A DNA stretch of 64,000 nt, taken from NCBI GenBank assembly GCA_024762875.1, contig JANTGR010000002.1:191-64190 (forward strand). Reading direction: 5' to 3'. This DNA is from Sulfurospirillum sp. Lineage in GTDB: Bacteria > Campylobacterota > Campylobacteria > Campylobacterales > QNZT01. Positions within the stretch are counted from its first letter, which is position 1; every line of letters begins with the position of its first letter. Under the pieces are notes generated by a model. The model made no database searches and was not told the DNA's origin. It was given only the letters and a program-made list of their open reading frames with translations. Shown one piece after another: positions 42,248 through 52,640 of the stretch. A program made the translations under genes and the position numbers.

Positions 42248-43207
42248 TCAGAATGATAATTCACTTTTTCGTTCTTTGGTATTTTTTAAAAACTCATTAA
42301 AAAACACCAAAAATATACCTAATATAATGGATGTTATAAATGCTACAATGATGATAAGAGCACGTTTTGGTTTCTTTTTATCTTTGATATAGGCAACTTC
42401 TGGTTTGGTGAGTTGTTTGACCATATAAAACTCTCCAGCCTGAGAAAGTACTTTTTTCTTGACCAGGGCGGAGAGAAGATCTGTGATATTGGCTTTGAGA
42501 TCCAAACTGGTCGTTGATGCCAATTCGTTATTATAATATGCTACCTGCTCATCGATCTCTTTTAAATCCAGCTTTTTGATATAGTTACTCATCTCTCTAA
42601 GATAGATATTGACCAGCTCTTTGGCTAAAAAGCGATCTTCGAGGGTTGCAGAAAGGGTAATGGCACCTGACTCTTTGTCTGTAGAAGTTGAGATGATATC
42701 TTTTATTTTTTTAAAAGTGTCATAGATAATTTCATCCTCTGTTTTATCCTCTGTTTTTTTTGATGAAAATATTGATGCGATAGTATGGCGCATTTCTCGT
42801 CCATTTAAGACATAGACCATATTTTTCTGCATCGCTTCATCAGAGAGTTTCTGATCCAGATGGTAGCGCGTGATGACACCCTTGTTAAAGGCAAAATCAC
42901 TAATCAGGTTTTTAAAAAGTGCACCTACATCCAGACTGCTTCCTCCTCCTCCAAGACTGATACCCGCCATAGAAGCAAGCGCTGCTGCCCCGCCTCCCAG
43001 ACTGGGTTTGCTCTGCTCTTTGAGGATTAGAATGGTTTGCGAACTATAGCTATTGGGCTTTGTCAGTGCATAAATCAGTGCCAAAGAGGTTATTAGTATG
43101 CTCAGAAAAATAATTTTAAATTTATTTCCCCAAATTGTATCAAAAAGCTCTCTTAAATCAATTTCATCTTCTTCGATGTATGGTGCTTGGTTAGAATATG
43201 GCTGCAT
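42248..43207 (-). CDS. Wzz-family polysaccharide chain-length determinant protein
   Basis: ORF 42248..43231. The ATG at 43207 lies 10 nt after the wza stop. N-terminal EIDLRELFDTIW + TM, periplasmic coiled region, G-rich segment and C-terminal TM. Confidence 0.75.
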   Translation of the reverse strand: MQPYSNQAPYIEEDEIDLRELFDTIWGNKFKIIFLSILITSLALIYALTKPNSYSSQTILILKEQSKPSLGGGAAALASMAGISLGGGGSSLDVGALFKNLISDFAFNKGVITRYHLDQKLSDEAMQKNMVYVLNGREMRHTIASIFSSKKTEDKTEDEIIYDTFKKIKDIISTSTDKESGAITLSATLEDRFLAKELVNIYLREMSNYIKKLDLKEIDEQVAYYNNELASTTSLDLKANITDLLSALVKKKVLSQAGEFYMVKQLTKPEVAYIKDKKKPKRALIIIVAFITSIILGIFLVFFNEFLKNTKERKSELSF

Positions 43208-43217
43208 CAATGCTTCT

Positions 43218-46058
43218 TTATAGTGCACCAACAGTATGCGCAGCGGCCACTGTGAGTGAAATTTTATAGAAAATATCAGCTATATCTTTGGTGATATCCA
43301 TACCCCTGGTATCAAAATAGTACTGTTTTGGCACGACGATAACATCTCCTTTTTGTATCTCTACATCATTGGAAGAGAAGAGAAATGAGCCTAGATCCGC
43401 TTTTCTGGCTTCTCCGTTGGCATGAATCACATAGATATGTTCACTATCAGCCAGGTGGGTCAACCCGCCACTGCTTCTAATATAAGTGTTAATGTTATCA
43501 CCTTTATACGTCAGTGCTGAAGGCTGCATCACTTCTCCATTCACAATGATAGTATCATTAAATGATGGTATATCCAATGTGTCTTGATCTTTTAGGACAA
43601 GATTACTCGGACTTTGTTTAAAAGCTTCTAAATCATCTTCCAAATTGATCGTAATTCTACCTTTTGGCTTTACTTTTTTTGCCTCTTTGATCAGGGAATC
43701 GACAGCAGCAACAATTCCACCTATATCAGCGGGTTGTTTTTTTCTGTCAGAACTGTTTCGTACATTGATCAAGATCACCTGCTCTTTTAGTTTGGAGAGT
43801 TCATTGTGCAGACTCTCTTTTTGCAGCTTTTGTACATCTTTTCGCGTAAAGACGGAACCATATAAAAAGGCTTCTTTGGTAAATCCTCCGGCACGTTTGA
43901 TAACCGAATCCAGTTTTTCACCTGAATGGATGACATATGTCCCGGGGAATTTCACTTCTCCACTCAGGGTGACAGTTTGTCTGTCATACCAGTTTGGAAT
44001 ACGTTTGATAGTGATTTGATCATGTTGCTGTATTAAAAAGCTTGCTGCTTTATCAAGGGCTACTTTGAATATCTTCTTTTTTCTTTCACCATTTTCCAGG
44101 TGATAACGGATGATTTCACACTCTTTAGGATAGGCTTTTTCACTCAAACCGCCGGCACTCTCTATAAAATCCATCAGATTCATGGCATCAGAAACTTCAT
44201 AAGATCCTGATTTCACTACTTCTCCACTGATAGTGGCTGTTTGCAGGGGATGGGTTGCATTGATATTAAATAGTGTTACAGCATCTCTCTCATGCAGTGC
44301 AAACTCAGGCGTGTTTTCCATGTTGATGATATTTACTGAGGATATACCTTCATTATTCTGTTTGGAAACAATTTTTACTTTTTCCTGATCATAAGGTGAT
44401 TTGACACCAGCCTGATTGATCAAATCTGAAATAGTCATTCCCTCATGAAAGATGTACTTGCCTTCTTTAATCAAGGGGTCTCCACTGATAGTGACAAAGG
44501 GTGCTGTACCCGTATCGAGTGTATTAAAAACATAGAGTTCATCTCGATTTTCCAGTAAAAAATCTTCCTGTCCGTCTAAAACATTTTGCAAATTGACATG
44601 AAATATTTTGGTCTGTAAATCTTCACCTATACGTTTGATCATCGCATAATCAAAACGTGTGTCTTCCAGGAAAAAGGAATTGAGTTTATCTCCTTTGATT
44701 TCATTGTGCAGCAGTGTAGAGAGACGCATACCGTTTTGGCTGAATTCCCGTTTGCCTTCACGCACAACATTACCGGTTATGAGGATGTAGTTGTCATTGG
44801 TGATATTGAGCCCATCTACATAGATTTCATCACCATCTTTGAGTTTAAAGCGTCTGGCCTCCTGCATGGTAAGAGTGAGGTTTTGAATCTCTGTATTGCG
44901 GCTGTAGCGCTTGATCTGGATACTGTAGCCATCAGCCTGTGCTTTAAGACCACCGGCAAATCTTAATATATGTGCCAGGCTCTCTCCCGCTTCTATCTCA
45001 TAGATCGCTTCTTTATAAACAGCACCTTCTATAGAAACCAGGCCATGAGCACGGGGTACATAGATGGTGTCATTGGGTTTGAGAACCAGGTCACCATGGG
45101 TCAAACCCTTTGCAAGAAGGTGGTAGTAGTCTATATTGGCAATGACTTTGCCATCTCTTTTGACATAGATATCACGTACCGAACCGATATCGCCTACGCC
45201 ATGTGCTTCTATAAGGATATCTTTTACGCTGGAGACAGAGGTGGTATTATAAATTCCCGGAGCATTAACGAATCCGGTGACCGTGACCTGTGCATTGGAA
45301 AAAGCATCGAGATTGACAACAACTTTTGAGTTTTTGTAAGAACTTGAGAGGTAATTGGTCAGTAACTCTTTTACATCAGCAAACCTCTCTCCGGCAACAC
45401 GAACCGGCCCCACCTCAGGGATATCGATATTGCCTTCATTGTTAATGACAAGGGAAAAATTCTTTTCATTTTTCCCATAAATCCAGAAAGTAAGTTCGTC
45501 ACCACGGGACAAAGTGTAATCTTTTGGAGTGGAGATATTTTTTTGTGCTATTTTATTTTTATTTCTGAAAAACTCATTTGAAAAACGTTTTAGTCTTTTG
45601 TGCTCTCTTAATGTCTGTGCTGATTTTATTCTTTTGATGATGGCATTTTCACTTTTATATTGCAGGGGAGTGAGTCTGAGTGAGCCATCTTGCAACATGT
45701 TTTCATCTTTTGTTTTTTGGATCAAAAGATTTTCATCCGTTTTTTGTGTTTCAGCAAGTGAGTCATTTTTGCCTGTCATTGAAAATGAGTCATCTCGCAT
45801 ATTTTCATCATTGTAACTTTCATCAGATGCAGACATGTCAGATGTATTTGAGATATTGTTTTCAACTTGTGGAAGATTTGCTTTTGATTCTTTTGGGCTT
45901 TTTCCCTGAGGATTCTGTTTGGACATATAAGCTTGTGCCTGCGGACTGTTTAGCAGTGCGGGATTTTGGGAAACCATTTGTGCGATTTGCTCCTGCGAGA
46001 GAGCATGCGCGGCAACAGCAGTCAAAAGCAGTGCCAGGATAAGAACGACATTTTTCAT
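43218..46058 (-). CDS. Large Wza-like polysaccharide export protein (Poly_export + multiple SLBB repeats)
   Basis: 946 aa with signal peptide, a low-complexity acidic region, the motif YTLSRGDELTFWIYG, then repeated SLBB-like modules. Confidence 0.8.
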   Translation of the reverse strand: MKNVVLILALLLTAVAAHALSQEQIAQMVSQNPALLNSPQAQAYMSKQNPQGKSPKESKANLPQVENNISNTSDMSASDESYNDENMRDDSFSMTGKNDSLAETQKTDENLLIQKTKDENMLQDGSLRLTPLQYKSENAIIKRIKSAQTLREHKRLKRFSNEFFRNKNKIAQKNISTPKDYTLSRGDELTFWIYGKNEKNFSLVINNEGNIDIPEVGPVRVAGERFADVKELLTNYLSSSYKNSKVVVNLDAFSNAQVTVTGFVNAPGIYNTTSVSSVKDILIEAHGVGDIGSVRDIYVKRDGKVIANIDYYHLLAKGLTHGDLVLKPNDTIYVPRAHGLVSIEGAVYKEAIYEIEAGESLAHILRFAGGLKAQADGYSIQIKRYSRNTEIQNLTLTMQEARRFKLKDGDEIYVDGLNITNDNYILITGNVVREGKREFSQNGMRLSTLLHNEIKGDKLNSFFLEDTRFDYAMIKRIGEDLQTKIFHVNLQNVLDGQEDFLLENRDELYVFNTLDTGTAPFVTISGDPLIKEGKYIFHEGMTISDLINQAGVKSPYDQEKVKIVSKQNNEGISSVNIINMENTPEFALHERDAVTLFNINATHPLQTATISGEVVKSGSYEVSDAMNLMDFIESAGGLSEKAYPKECEIIRYHLENGERKKKIFKVALDKAASFLIQQHDQITIKRIPNWYDRQTVTLSGEVKFPGTYVIHSGEKLDSVIKRAGGFTKEAFLYGSVFTRKDVQKLQKESLHNELSKLKEQVILINVRNSSDRKKQPADIGGIVAAVDSLIKEAKKVKPKGRITINLEDDLEAFKQSPSNLVLKDQDTLDIPSFNDTIIVNGEVMQPSALTYKGDNINTYIRSSGGLTHLADSEHIYVIHANGEARKADLGSFLFSSNDVEIQKGDVIVVPKQYYFDTRGMDITKDIADIFYKISLTVAAAHTVGAL

Positions 46059-46157
46059 AACTTCAACATTCCTCTAAATAATTAATGATTGGGTGATTGT
46101 AGAGAAATAAGCATAAAAAAGAGAGTAAGAGAATAAAATAGACAAAATTTTTAAGTT

Positions 46158-46175
46158 AATTAAATATATTTAATT
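46158..46175. promoter_or_regulatory. 18-bp perfect palindrome AATTAAATATATTTAATT, copy 1 (candidate operator)
   Basis: Exact 18-mer repeated at 46233-46250, in the divergent wza / lipoprotein intergenic region. Confidence 0.6.
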
Positions 46176-46232
46176 TTTTTAGATAAAAAATAATTTAATT
46201 TAAGTTTAGAGTTTATATTTATTTTTAAGAAA

Positions 46233-46250
46233 AATTAAATATATTTAATT
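46233..46250. promoter_or_regulatory. 18-bp perfect palindrome AATTAAATATATTTAATT, copy 2 (extends to 22 bp AAAATT...AATTTT)
   Basis: Identical to copy 1, with centres 75 bp apart. Confidence 0.6.
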
Positions 46251-46400
46251 TTTAAAGCTATAAAATGCCTATTTTATAGTATTTTGCTAAATGCTCTAAA
46301 GTATTTTGCATTGTGGCCGATATAGGTTTATATTAAATTAATATTAGATTTGATATTATAGTGAAGAATTAAAAAATTTAAATAATTAAGGAGTAGTTTA

Positions 46401-47252
46401 ATGAAGAAAAGTATAGTAGTTAGTTCAGTTGCAGCATCAGTACTGGCAGGAATGTTAATGTTGGGTGGTTGTAACAGCAGCAGCACTCCAACTGTAAAAC
46501 AGGTGATTGATGACAGTAAAGTACCAGTGTCGAGTGTTGGTGTTGCCAAAAATGATGATGGTTCAATCTCATTAACTAAAAGTGGCGCAGTTGTAGCAAC
46601 AAACCCTGATGCTGGAAATGTAGAAATTACAGTGAGAAATCCAGTGATTAAAGATGGTGAAGATTGTACTGCAGCAGATCCTTGTACAATTGATTTTAAA
46701 AGACGATGTGGCAAAGAAGATGGTAAACAATTAGATTATAATGATTCTGATGCTGTCAAAGCGGCATTTGACAAGCTTGAAGAAGATAATAAACAATCTA
46801 CAGCAGCTGATAAAGAGATGCGTTATGCTGGCTTTGTTTCTGTCTCTTCAGCTACAATTGACAGTTGTGACTGTTCATTTAAAACATATGTAAAATGTTC
46901 ATTGGATAAAGAGGGCATCCAAACAGCAAGTGGCTTTGGTTACTTTGTTTATGTTAATCCAGATACAGCTCCTGTAGGAAGCAAAGTACTGGTTCTCATC
47001 GTTAAAAAAGATGCAGCAGGTAATATCATAGGTACTGAGTGGAAAGAGACTACTATCGCAGCGTATGAAGTAAAAGATGGTGTGAAGCAAGCAGTAGTCA
47101 ATGTAGATCTTGATGCATTGGATTGTCCATCAGATGTTTATCTTTTTGTTGAAGAGAATAAAGATGTTGAAGACAATGATGTACAAACAGGTGCAACCGG
47201 TGGTACTGGTTCAACAGGTAGTACTGGTTCAACAGGCGGTTTAGGAGGTTGA
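46401..47252 (+). CDS. Cys-rich putative lipoprotein with C-terminal Gly/Ser/Thr repeat
   Basis: 283 aa. AAGGAG lies 8 nt upstream. Lipobox LMLGGC. C-terminus TGATGGTGSTGSTGSTGGLGG is encoded by about 2.5 copies of an 18-nt repeat. Confidence 0.75.
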   Translation: MKKSIVVSSVAASVLAGMLMLGGCNSSSTPTVKQVIDDSKVPVSSVGVAKNDDGSISLTKSGAVVATNPDAGNVEITVRNPVIKDGEDCTAADPCTIDFKRRCGKEDGKQLDYNDSDAVKAAFDKLEEDNKQSTAADKEMRYAGFVSVSSATIDSCDCSFKTYVKCSLDKEGIQTASGFGYFVYVNPDTAPVGSKVLVLIVKKDAAGNIIGTEWKETTIAAYEVKDGVKQAVVNVDLDALDCPSDVYLFVEENKDVEDNDVQTGATGGTGSTGSTGSTGGLGG

Positions 47253-47277
47253 TTTCAACCTTCCAAATACCTTTTAT

Positions 47278-47314
47278 GTCAGCTTATAGTTTATTTATAA
47301 GCTGACACTTTTTT
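47278..47314 (+). terminator. Rho-independent terminator of the lipoprotein gene
   Basis: 11-bp perfect stem GTCAGCTTATA / TATAAGCTGAC with a 7-nt loop, followed by a T6 run. Confidence 0.8.
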
Positions 47315-48413
47315 ATACATTAAATCTAAAATGCATCACATCACCGTCTTCGACGATGTATTCTTTTCCTTCTAGTCTCATTTTTCCTGCTTCTTTGGCT
47401 CCATTCTCACCATTGTTGGCGATGAAGTCTTCATAGGCGATCACTTCTGCCCGAATAAAGCCTTTTTCAAAGTCATTGTGTATCACTGAAGCTGCTTTTG
47501 GGGCACTCCAGCCTTTGGTAATCGTCCAGGCGCGTACCTCTTTGACTCCGGCAGTAAAATAAGAGATAAGTCCGAGTTTGGCAAAAGCTGTATGGATGAT
47601 CTGTTCCAGCCCCGATTCCTGCACACCCAGCTCTGTTAAAAATTCTTCTGCTTCTTCGTCCTCAAGGGCAACTAGTTCTTCCTCTATCTTGGCACAAAGC
47701 TTGATGACATCAAAACCACTTTTGGCAGCATGCTCTTTGAGCTTGATGACATAGGCATTGTCTTCAAGTAAACCATCTTCATCTGTATTGGCACCATAAA
47801 TGATCTCTTTATTGGATAAAAATCGCAGTTCACGATCAAGTTCAATAAAGATTTCATTTTCTCTGTCACCAAAAGTTGAAACAGGCTGTAGATCATCCAA
47901 ATGTTTTTTCAGCTCTTTAGCTACTTCCAGTTTTGAAGTGGCATCTTTTTTAAACTTGGCATCTTTGGTGAGGCGTTCTATTTTTTTATCCAGTTGTTCA
48001 AGATCAGCAAATATCAGTTCTCCCTCTATGATTTCGACATCTCTGAGCGGGTCGATCTCACCTTCAACATGGGTAATATTGCCATCATCAAAACAGCGCA
48101 CCATATGTAAAATCACTTCTACTTCACGTATATTTGAGAGGAATTTATTGCCTAGTCCCTCTCCTTTGCTTGCACCTTTTACCAAACCGGCGATATCTAC
48201 AAAGTCTATGACAGAGTATTGTAATTTTTCAGGATTAACGATTTTAGCCAGCTCATGAAGCCTCTGATCCGGGACAGGCACGACCGCCTTGTTTGGCTCT
48301 ATGGTACAAAAAGGATAGTTGGCTGACTCTGCATTTTGTGCTTTTGTCAAGGCATTGAACGTAGTTGATTTTCCAACATTTGGCAGTCCTACAATTCCGA
48401 CACTAAGACCCAT
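47313..48413 (-). CDS. ychF: Redox-regulated ribosome-binding ATPase YchF
   Basis: 366 aa with GLPNVGKST and a C-terminal TGS-like domain. Confidence 0.95.
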   Translation of the reverse strand: MGLSVGIVGLPNVGKSTTFNALTKAQNAESANYPFCTIEPNKAVVPVPDQRLHELAKIVNPEKLQYSVIDFVDIAGLVKGASKGEGLGNKFLSNIREVEVILHMVRCFDDGNITHVEGEIDPLRDVEIIEGELIFADLEQLDKKIERLTKDAKFKKDATSKLEVAKELKKHLDDLQPVSTFGDRENEIFIELDRELRFLSNKEIIYGANTDEDGLLEDNAYVIKLKEHAAKSGFDVIKLCAKIEEELVALEDEEAEEFLTELGVQESGLEQIIHTAFAKLGLISYFTAGVKEVRAWTITKGWSAPKAASVIHNDFEKGFIRAEVIAYEDFIANNGENGAKEAGKMRLEGKEYIVEDGDVMHFRFNV

Positions 48414-49901
48414 CTATTTCTCCTCATCTTTATCATGATAGTTGTTTATTTTGTATGTATGCTCTTTGAGCCAATACAGACACATTCTCACACCGGCACC
48501 ACTGGCACCTGACTGATTATATCCCCACTCTTTTTCGATAAATGCAGGACCTGCGATATCAAGGTGCAGCCATTTGTCTTTGACTGTATCTGTAACAAAG
48601 TTGTCTAAAAAAAGTCCGGCAGTGATAGCCCCGCCATAACGGGAAGCAGCGATATTGGAAATATCAGCTATATCACTTTTTATCAGTTTTTTCAAATAGC
48701 GGTTAAAAGGAAGTGTGGCACTGAGTTCTCCACTTTTATCTGCAGCACTCAGCATCTCATCTTTGAGCGCACTGTTATGTCCCATGATGCCCGTAGTATA
48801 TTCTCCCACAGCGACTACACAGGCACCGGTGAGTGTCGCCATATCAACAAGATAGTCAGGCTCCAGCTCACAGGCATAACAGAGACAATCAGCCAATACC
48901 AGGCGTCCTTCAGCATCTGTGTTGCGTACTTCTATGGTGACACCATTTTTAGCAACAAGCACATCATCCGGTTTGTAAGCATTGCCACCGATCATGTTTT
49001 CACAGCTGCCGATGATAGTATGTACTTCAAATGGCACTTGTAGCTGGGCTGCTCCTTTGAGAATAGCCAGCGCTGCAGCAGAGCCGCTTTTGTCAGATTT
49101 CATACTGACCATATGTTCACTTGGTTTGAGGCTGAGCCCGCCGCTGTCATAAGTCAATCCTTTTCCTACAAAGACAAATTTTTCTTTTGCATCTTTTGGT
49201 TTGTAGGTAAGATGAATAAATCGCGGTTTATGCGCACTTGCCCTGGCTACGGCAGCAAATGCACCCATCTTTTGCTCTTCTAAAAAGTGTTCATCTCCTA
49301 TAAAACAGGTAACATTATCTAAAGTATCTGCCAGTTTCTGTGCTTCATTTGCCAGTGCTTCAGGTGTCATATCATCAGGAACAGCATTGACAACATCTTT
49401 TGCCAAATTGGCTGCTTGGGCAATGATCGTTGCTTCATCCAGAGCATTTTGAGCAGATTCCAGTTTCAGCTCTTTATCATGATACTCTTCCAGTGACAGG
49501 ATGAGTTCTCTTTGGATTTTAGTCTCTTTTTTCGACTTGTAGCGATCAAAGCTATAGTCACCCAAAAGGGCACCTTCAACAATCGCTTTTGTATAAATTG
49601 CCGGGCAGGTTTTGACGTAGGAGCCTATTTTGATTGTTTTGTAGTTGGTGTTTTTGATTGCTTTGAGTGCTGCAGCGACTGCCAGTCTGATCTCATCACG
49701 ATCGAGTGAATCGGCACCGGCATAGACTCTATGCTGATGTGGTAAAAAAGCACTTTCTTCACTTTTTGCTTCAAAGTTCAGTGTGCTTAAATCTGTTTGG
49801 TCTTTGACCCATTTGTGCTTTAGTTGTTGATTGATGATGAGAACTATCTCACAATCAGCATGAATGGCATCAAGTTTTTTGGGTGTTACTGTGATTTTCA
49901 T
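48414..49901 (-). CDS. pepA: Leucyl aminopeptidase (M17)
   Basis: 495 aa with the NTDAEGRL motif. Confidence 0.9.
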   Translation of the reverse strand: MKITVTPKKLDAIHADCEIVLIINQQLKHKWVKDQTDLSTLNFEAKSEESAFLPHQHRVYAGADSLDRDEIRLAVAAALKAIKNTNYKTIKIGSYVKTCPAIYTKAIVEGALLGDYSFDRYKSKKETKIQRELILSLEEYHDKELKLESAQNALDEATIIAQAANLAKDVVNAVPDDMTPEALANEAQKLADTLDNVTCFIGDEHFLEEQKMGAFAAVARASAHKPRFIHLTYKPKDAKEKFVFVGKGLTYDSGGLSLKPSEHMVSMKSDKSGSAAALAILKGAAQLQVPFEVHTIIGSCENMIGGNAYKPDDVLVAKNGVTIEVRNTDAEGRLVLADCLCYACELEPDYLVDMATLTGACVVAVGEYTTGIMGHNSALKDEMLSAADKSGELSATLPFNRYLKKLIKSDIADISNIAASRYGGAITAGLFLDNFVTDTVKDKWLHLDIAGPAFIEKEWGYNQSGASGAGVRMCLYWLKEHTYKINNYHDKDEEK

Positions 49902-49918
49902 CGTTATTTCCTAATATT

Positions 49919-51127
49919 TTAATTTTCAAAGTCTAGCAGTGATTTGGCCTGTATCATATCTTTGTCTCCGCGGCCTGAGAGATTGACGATAATCAGTTTG
50001 TCTTTGATGCGTTGTGGATCAAATTTTTTCAGATAAGCGAGTGCATGTGAGCTTTCAAAAGCCGGAATAATTCCTTCTTTTTGTGAAAGCCATACAAAAG
50101 CATCCAGTGCCTCATCGTCTGTGATGGATTCATATTGTGCAGCGCCCAGTTCTTTGAGATAGGCATGCTCGGGACCAATACCAGGATAATCAAGACCTGC
50201 AGAGATAGAGTGTGCTTCCAGAATTTGTCCATCTTCATCCTGCAGCAGATAAGACATCTGTCCATGCAATACACCCGGGCTTCCTTTGGCAAGACTGGCA
50301 CCATGCTTGCTGTCCAGTCCCAGTCCTCCTGCTTCAATACCGATGCAGGTTGTTTCTTTATCTTCTAAAAAATGATTAAAAATCCCCATGGCATTACTGC
50401 CGCCGCCGATACAGGCAACGACAAAATCAGGCAGCTGGTTTTCTGCTTGCAGGATTTGTGACCTCGCTTCCCAGGAGATGATAGACTGGATATCGCGTAT
50501 CATCATCGGGTAAGGATGAGGACCTGCTACAGTTCCGATGATATAAAAGGTGTCTCTGGCATTGGTCACCCAGTGGCGAATGGCATCATTCATGGCATCT
50601 TTCAGGGTACGGCTCCCGCTTTTGACAGCGTGGACTTTTGCCCCCAGCAGTTGCATACGAAATACATTGAGTTCTTGACGCATGACATCTTTTTCCCCCA
50701 TAAATATTTCACATTCCAAGCCAAAAAGAGCAGCTACGGTTGCCGTGGCAACACCATGCTGTCCTGCCCCGGTTTCTGCGATCACTTTCTTTTTGCCGAG
50801 TCTTTTTGCCAGTAGAGCCTGTGCGACGGTGTGATTGATCTTGTGGGCACCGGTATGATTGAGATCCTCTCTTTTGAGATAAACCTTTGCACCGATTTCC
50901 TCTGAAATATTGGCTGCAAAATAGAGTGGATTGGGACGGCCAACATACTGCTTATAATAATAATCCACTTCTTTCCAAAAAGATTCATCAAAGCGGACTT
51001 TTGCATAATTTTTATCCAGTTCGAGTAATGCCGGAATCAGGGTTTCGGGGACATAACGTCCACCAAATATACCATAATGCCCATTTGCATCAGGATCGAA
51101 AGGAGAGGGTTTTGGGATATACATCAT
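49919..51127 (-). CDS. trpB: Tryptophan synthase beta chain
   Basis: 402 aa with HTGAHKIN (PLP lysine) and GGGSNAMG. No trpA gene is adjacent. Confidence 0.9.
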   Translation of the reverse strand: MMYIPKPSPFDPDANGHYGIFGGRYVPETLIPALLELDKNYAKVRFDESFWKEVDYYYKQYVGRPNPLYFAANISEEIGAKVYLKREDLNHTGAHKINHTVAQALLAKRLGKKKVIAETGAGQHGVATATVAALFGLECEIFMGEKDVMRQELNVFRMQLLGAKVHAVKSGSRTLKDAMNDAIRHWVTNARDTFYIIGTVAGPHPYPMMIRDIQSIISWEARSQILQAENQLPDFVVACIGGGSNAMGIFNHFLEDKETTCIGIEAGGLGLDSKHGASLAKGSPGVLHGQMSYLLQDEDGQILEAHSISAGLDYPGIGPEHAYLKELGAAQYESITDDEALDAFVWLSQKEGIIPAFESSHALAYLKKFDPQRIKDKLIIVNLSGRGDKDMIQAKSLLDFEN

Positions 51128-51678
51128 TCCACATCCAATACAGCATATACCGGAGTAATAGCTTCAATTTTTTGCTTGCCCTCTAAAAAGGCAAGATTGA
51201 TAAGCATACAGGCTTCAACACACTCTGCACCTGCTTTATTGATCAGTGTTGCCGCTGCCTCAGCTGTTCCGCCTGTTGCGATCAGGTCATCAACAAGCAG
51301 CACCCGTGGTTTTTCTTTCTCACAGGCAAATGCATCCAAATGAATCTCCACTTCATCAAAGCCATATTCCAGTGCATACTTTTCACTGATGGTTGTATAA
51401 GGCAGTTTGCCGGCTTTTCTAATAGGAACAAAACCTTTATGCAATCTATCTGCCAAAGCGGCACCAAAGATAAATCCGCGACTGTCAATGCCGGCGATAA
51501 AATCAATATCTATCTCTTTATAACGACGTTCGAGATGATCCATCAAAAAGCCATAGGCTTCTTTGTTATTCAGTAGTGTGGTGATATCTTTAAAGATAAT
51601 ACCCGGTTTGGGGAAGTCTTTGATATCGCGGATATTTTTAAGCAAATATGCCTTGTCTTCTATATTTAATGTCTCCAT
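51124..51678 (-). CDS. apt: Adenine phosphoribosyltransferase
   Basis: 184 aa with PRPP motif [13 protein letters not shown]. Confidence 0.9.
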   Translation of the reverse strand: METLNIEDKAYLLKNIRDIKDFPKPGIIFKDITTLLNNKEAYGFLMDHLERRYKEIDIDFIAGIDSRGFIFGAALADRLHKGFVPIRKAGKLPYTTISEKYALEYGFDEVEIHLDAFACEKEKPRVLLVDDLIATGGTAEAAATLINKAGAECVEACMLINLAFLEGKQKIEAITPVYAVLDVE

Positions 51679-51680
51679 AT

Positions 51681-51767
51681 CTAATCCCTGAACATAAAAA
51701 ATTTGATAGCCCCAAAGAGTGCTACCAATATACCAAATGCTATGTATCCTACTGTTTCTATACCCAT
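51681..51767 (-). CDS. Candidate 28-aa single-TM small protein ([28 protein letters not shown])
   Basis: Not in the ORF track (under 60 aa). The ATG lies 5 nt after AAAGGAG and the ORF fills the gap between two minus-strand genes. Confidence 0.5.
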   Translation of the reverse strand: MGIETVGYIAFGILVALFGAIKFFMFRD

Positions 51768-51777
51768 GATTACTCCT

Positions 51778-52110
51778 TTATATCAGTGCGTCTATGCGCT
51801 CTTCCAATTCTTTTACTTTTTGTGACAGTTGACTTTTTTCCAGTCTTGTTTGTGAGTTTTTAGCCCGCAGAGATTTGATATCGTTGCGCACTTTGTTCAG
51901 CTCTTCGGTCAGGATGTCAATATTGCCGATAGAGCGTTGGAGTTGTGTACGATACTTTCGAATCAGCAGTTGGGCATCTTTGATGGCTTCTTTTTGTTTG
52001 GTGCTGACTTTTAACTCTTTTTCGTAGAGGGATTTTGTATAGTTCAACTTGATAAGCAGATAAATGATTGCAAAGAGTGAAATGGTATAAAAAATCCAGG
52101 AAAAAAACAT
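51778..52110 (-). CDS. Membrane-anchored coiled-coil protein (110 aa), function unknown
   Basis: N-terminal TM helix, then a heptad-rich K/E/Q segment. Confidence 0.6.
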   Translation of the reverse strand: MFFSWIFYTISLFAIIYLLIKLNYTKSLYEKELKVSTKQKEAIKDAQLLIRKYRTQLQRSIGNIDILTEELNKVRNDIKSLRAKNSQTRLEKSQLSQKVKELEERIDALI

Positions 52111-52111
52111 A

Positions 52112-52540
52112 CTAAAGCTCTATCTTCTCCACTCTGTCAGCGTGTCTTCCACCTTCAAAATTATAGTGACACCAACTCTCACAAATAGACTCTATCACGC
52201 CCAGCCCGACAACACGCTGCCCAAAACAAAGGACATTGGCATCATTGTGCTCTCGTGCCATCTGTGCTGTGTAAGCATCATGACAGAGTGCTGCCCGGAT
52301 GCCATGGTGCTTGTTAGCAGCCAGACTCATTCCGATGCCGGTACCGCAGATCAACACGCCTTGACTGCCTTCATCTGCCAAAACCTGTGTGCAAAGTTTG
52401 TGTGCAAAATCAGGGTAATCTACACGGGAATCATTCTCCGGTCCCAAATCTATCACTTCATTTCCTAAATCTGTCAATATTTTTTTTACATCCTCTTTGA
52501 TGCAAAATGCCGCATGATCCGTTGCAATATATAGTTTCAT
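52112..52540 (-). CDS. rpiB: Ribose-5-phosphate isomerase B
   Basis: ORF 52112..52585. The internal Met gives MKLYIATDHAAF, the usual RpiB start. Motif ICGTGIGMS. Confidence 0.85.
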   Translation of the reverse strand: MKLYIATDHAAFCIKEDVKKILTDLGNEVIDLGPENDSRVDYPDFAHKLCTQVLADEGSQGVLICGTGIGMSLAANKHHGIRAALCHDAYTAQMAREHNDANVLCFGQRVVGLGVIESICESWCHYNFEGGRHADRVEKIEL

Positions 52541-52640
52541 ATTTAAACCTAATGGTAAGTTGTGTGATATTATATCCAATTGCAAATGAAAGTTATCATG
52601 ATAAGTTGATTGTTAGCTATTTACAGCGCATCAAATAAAA

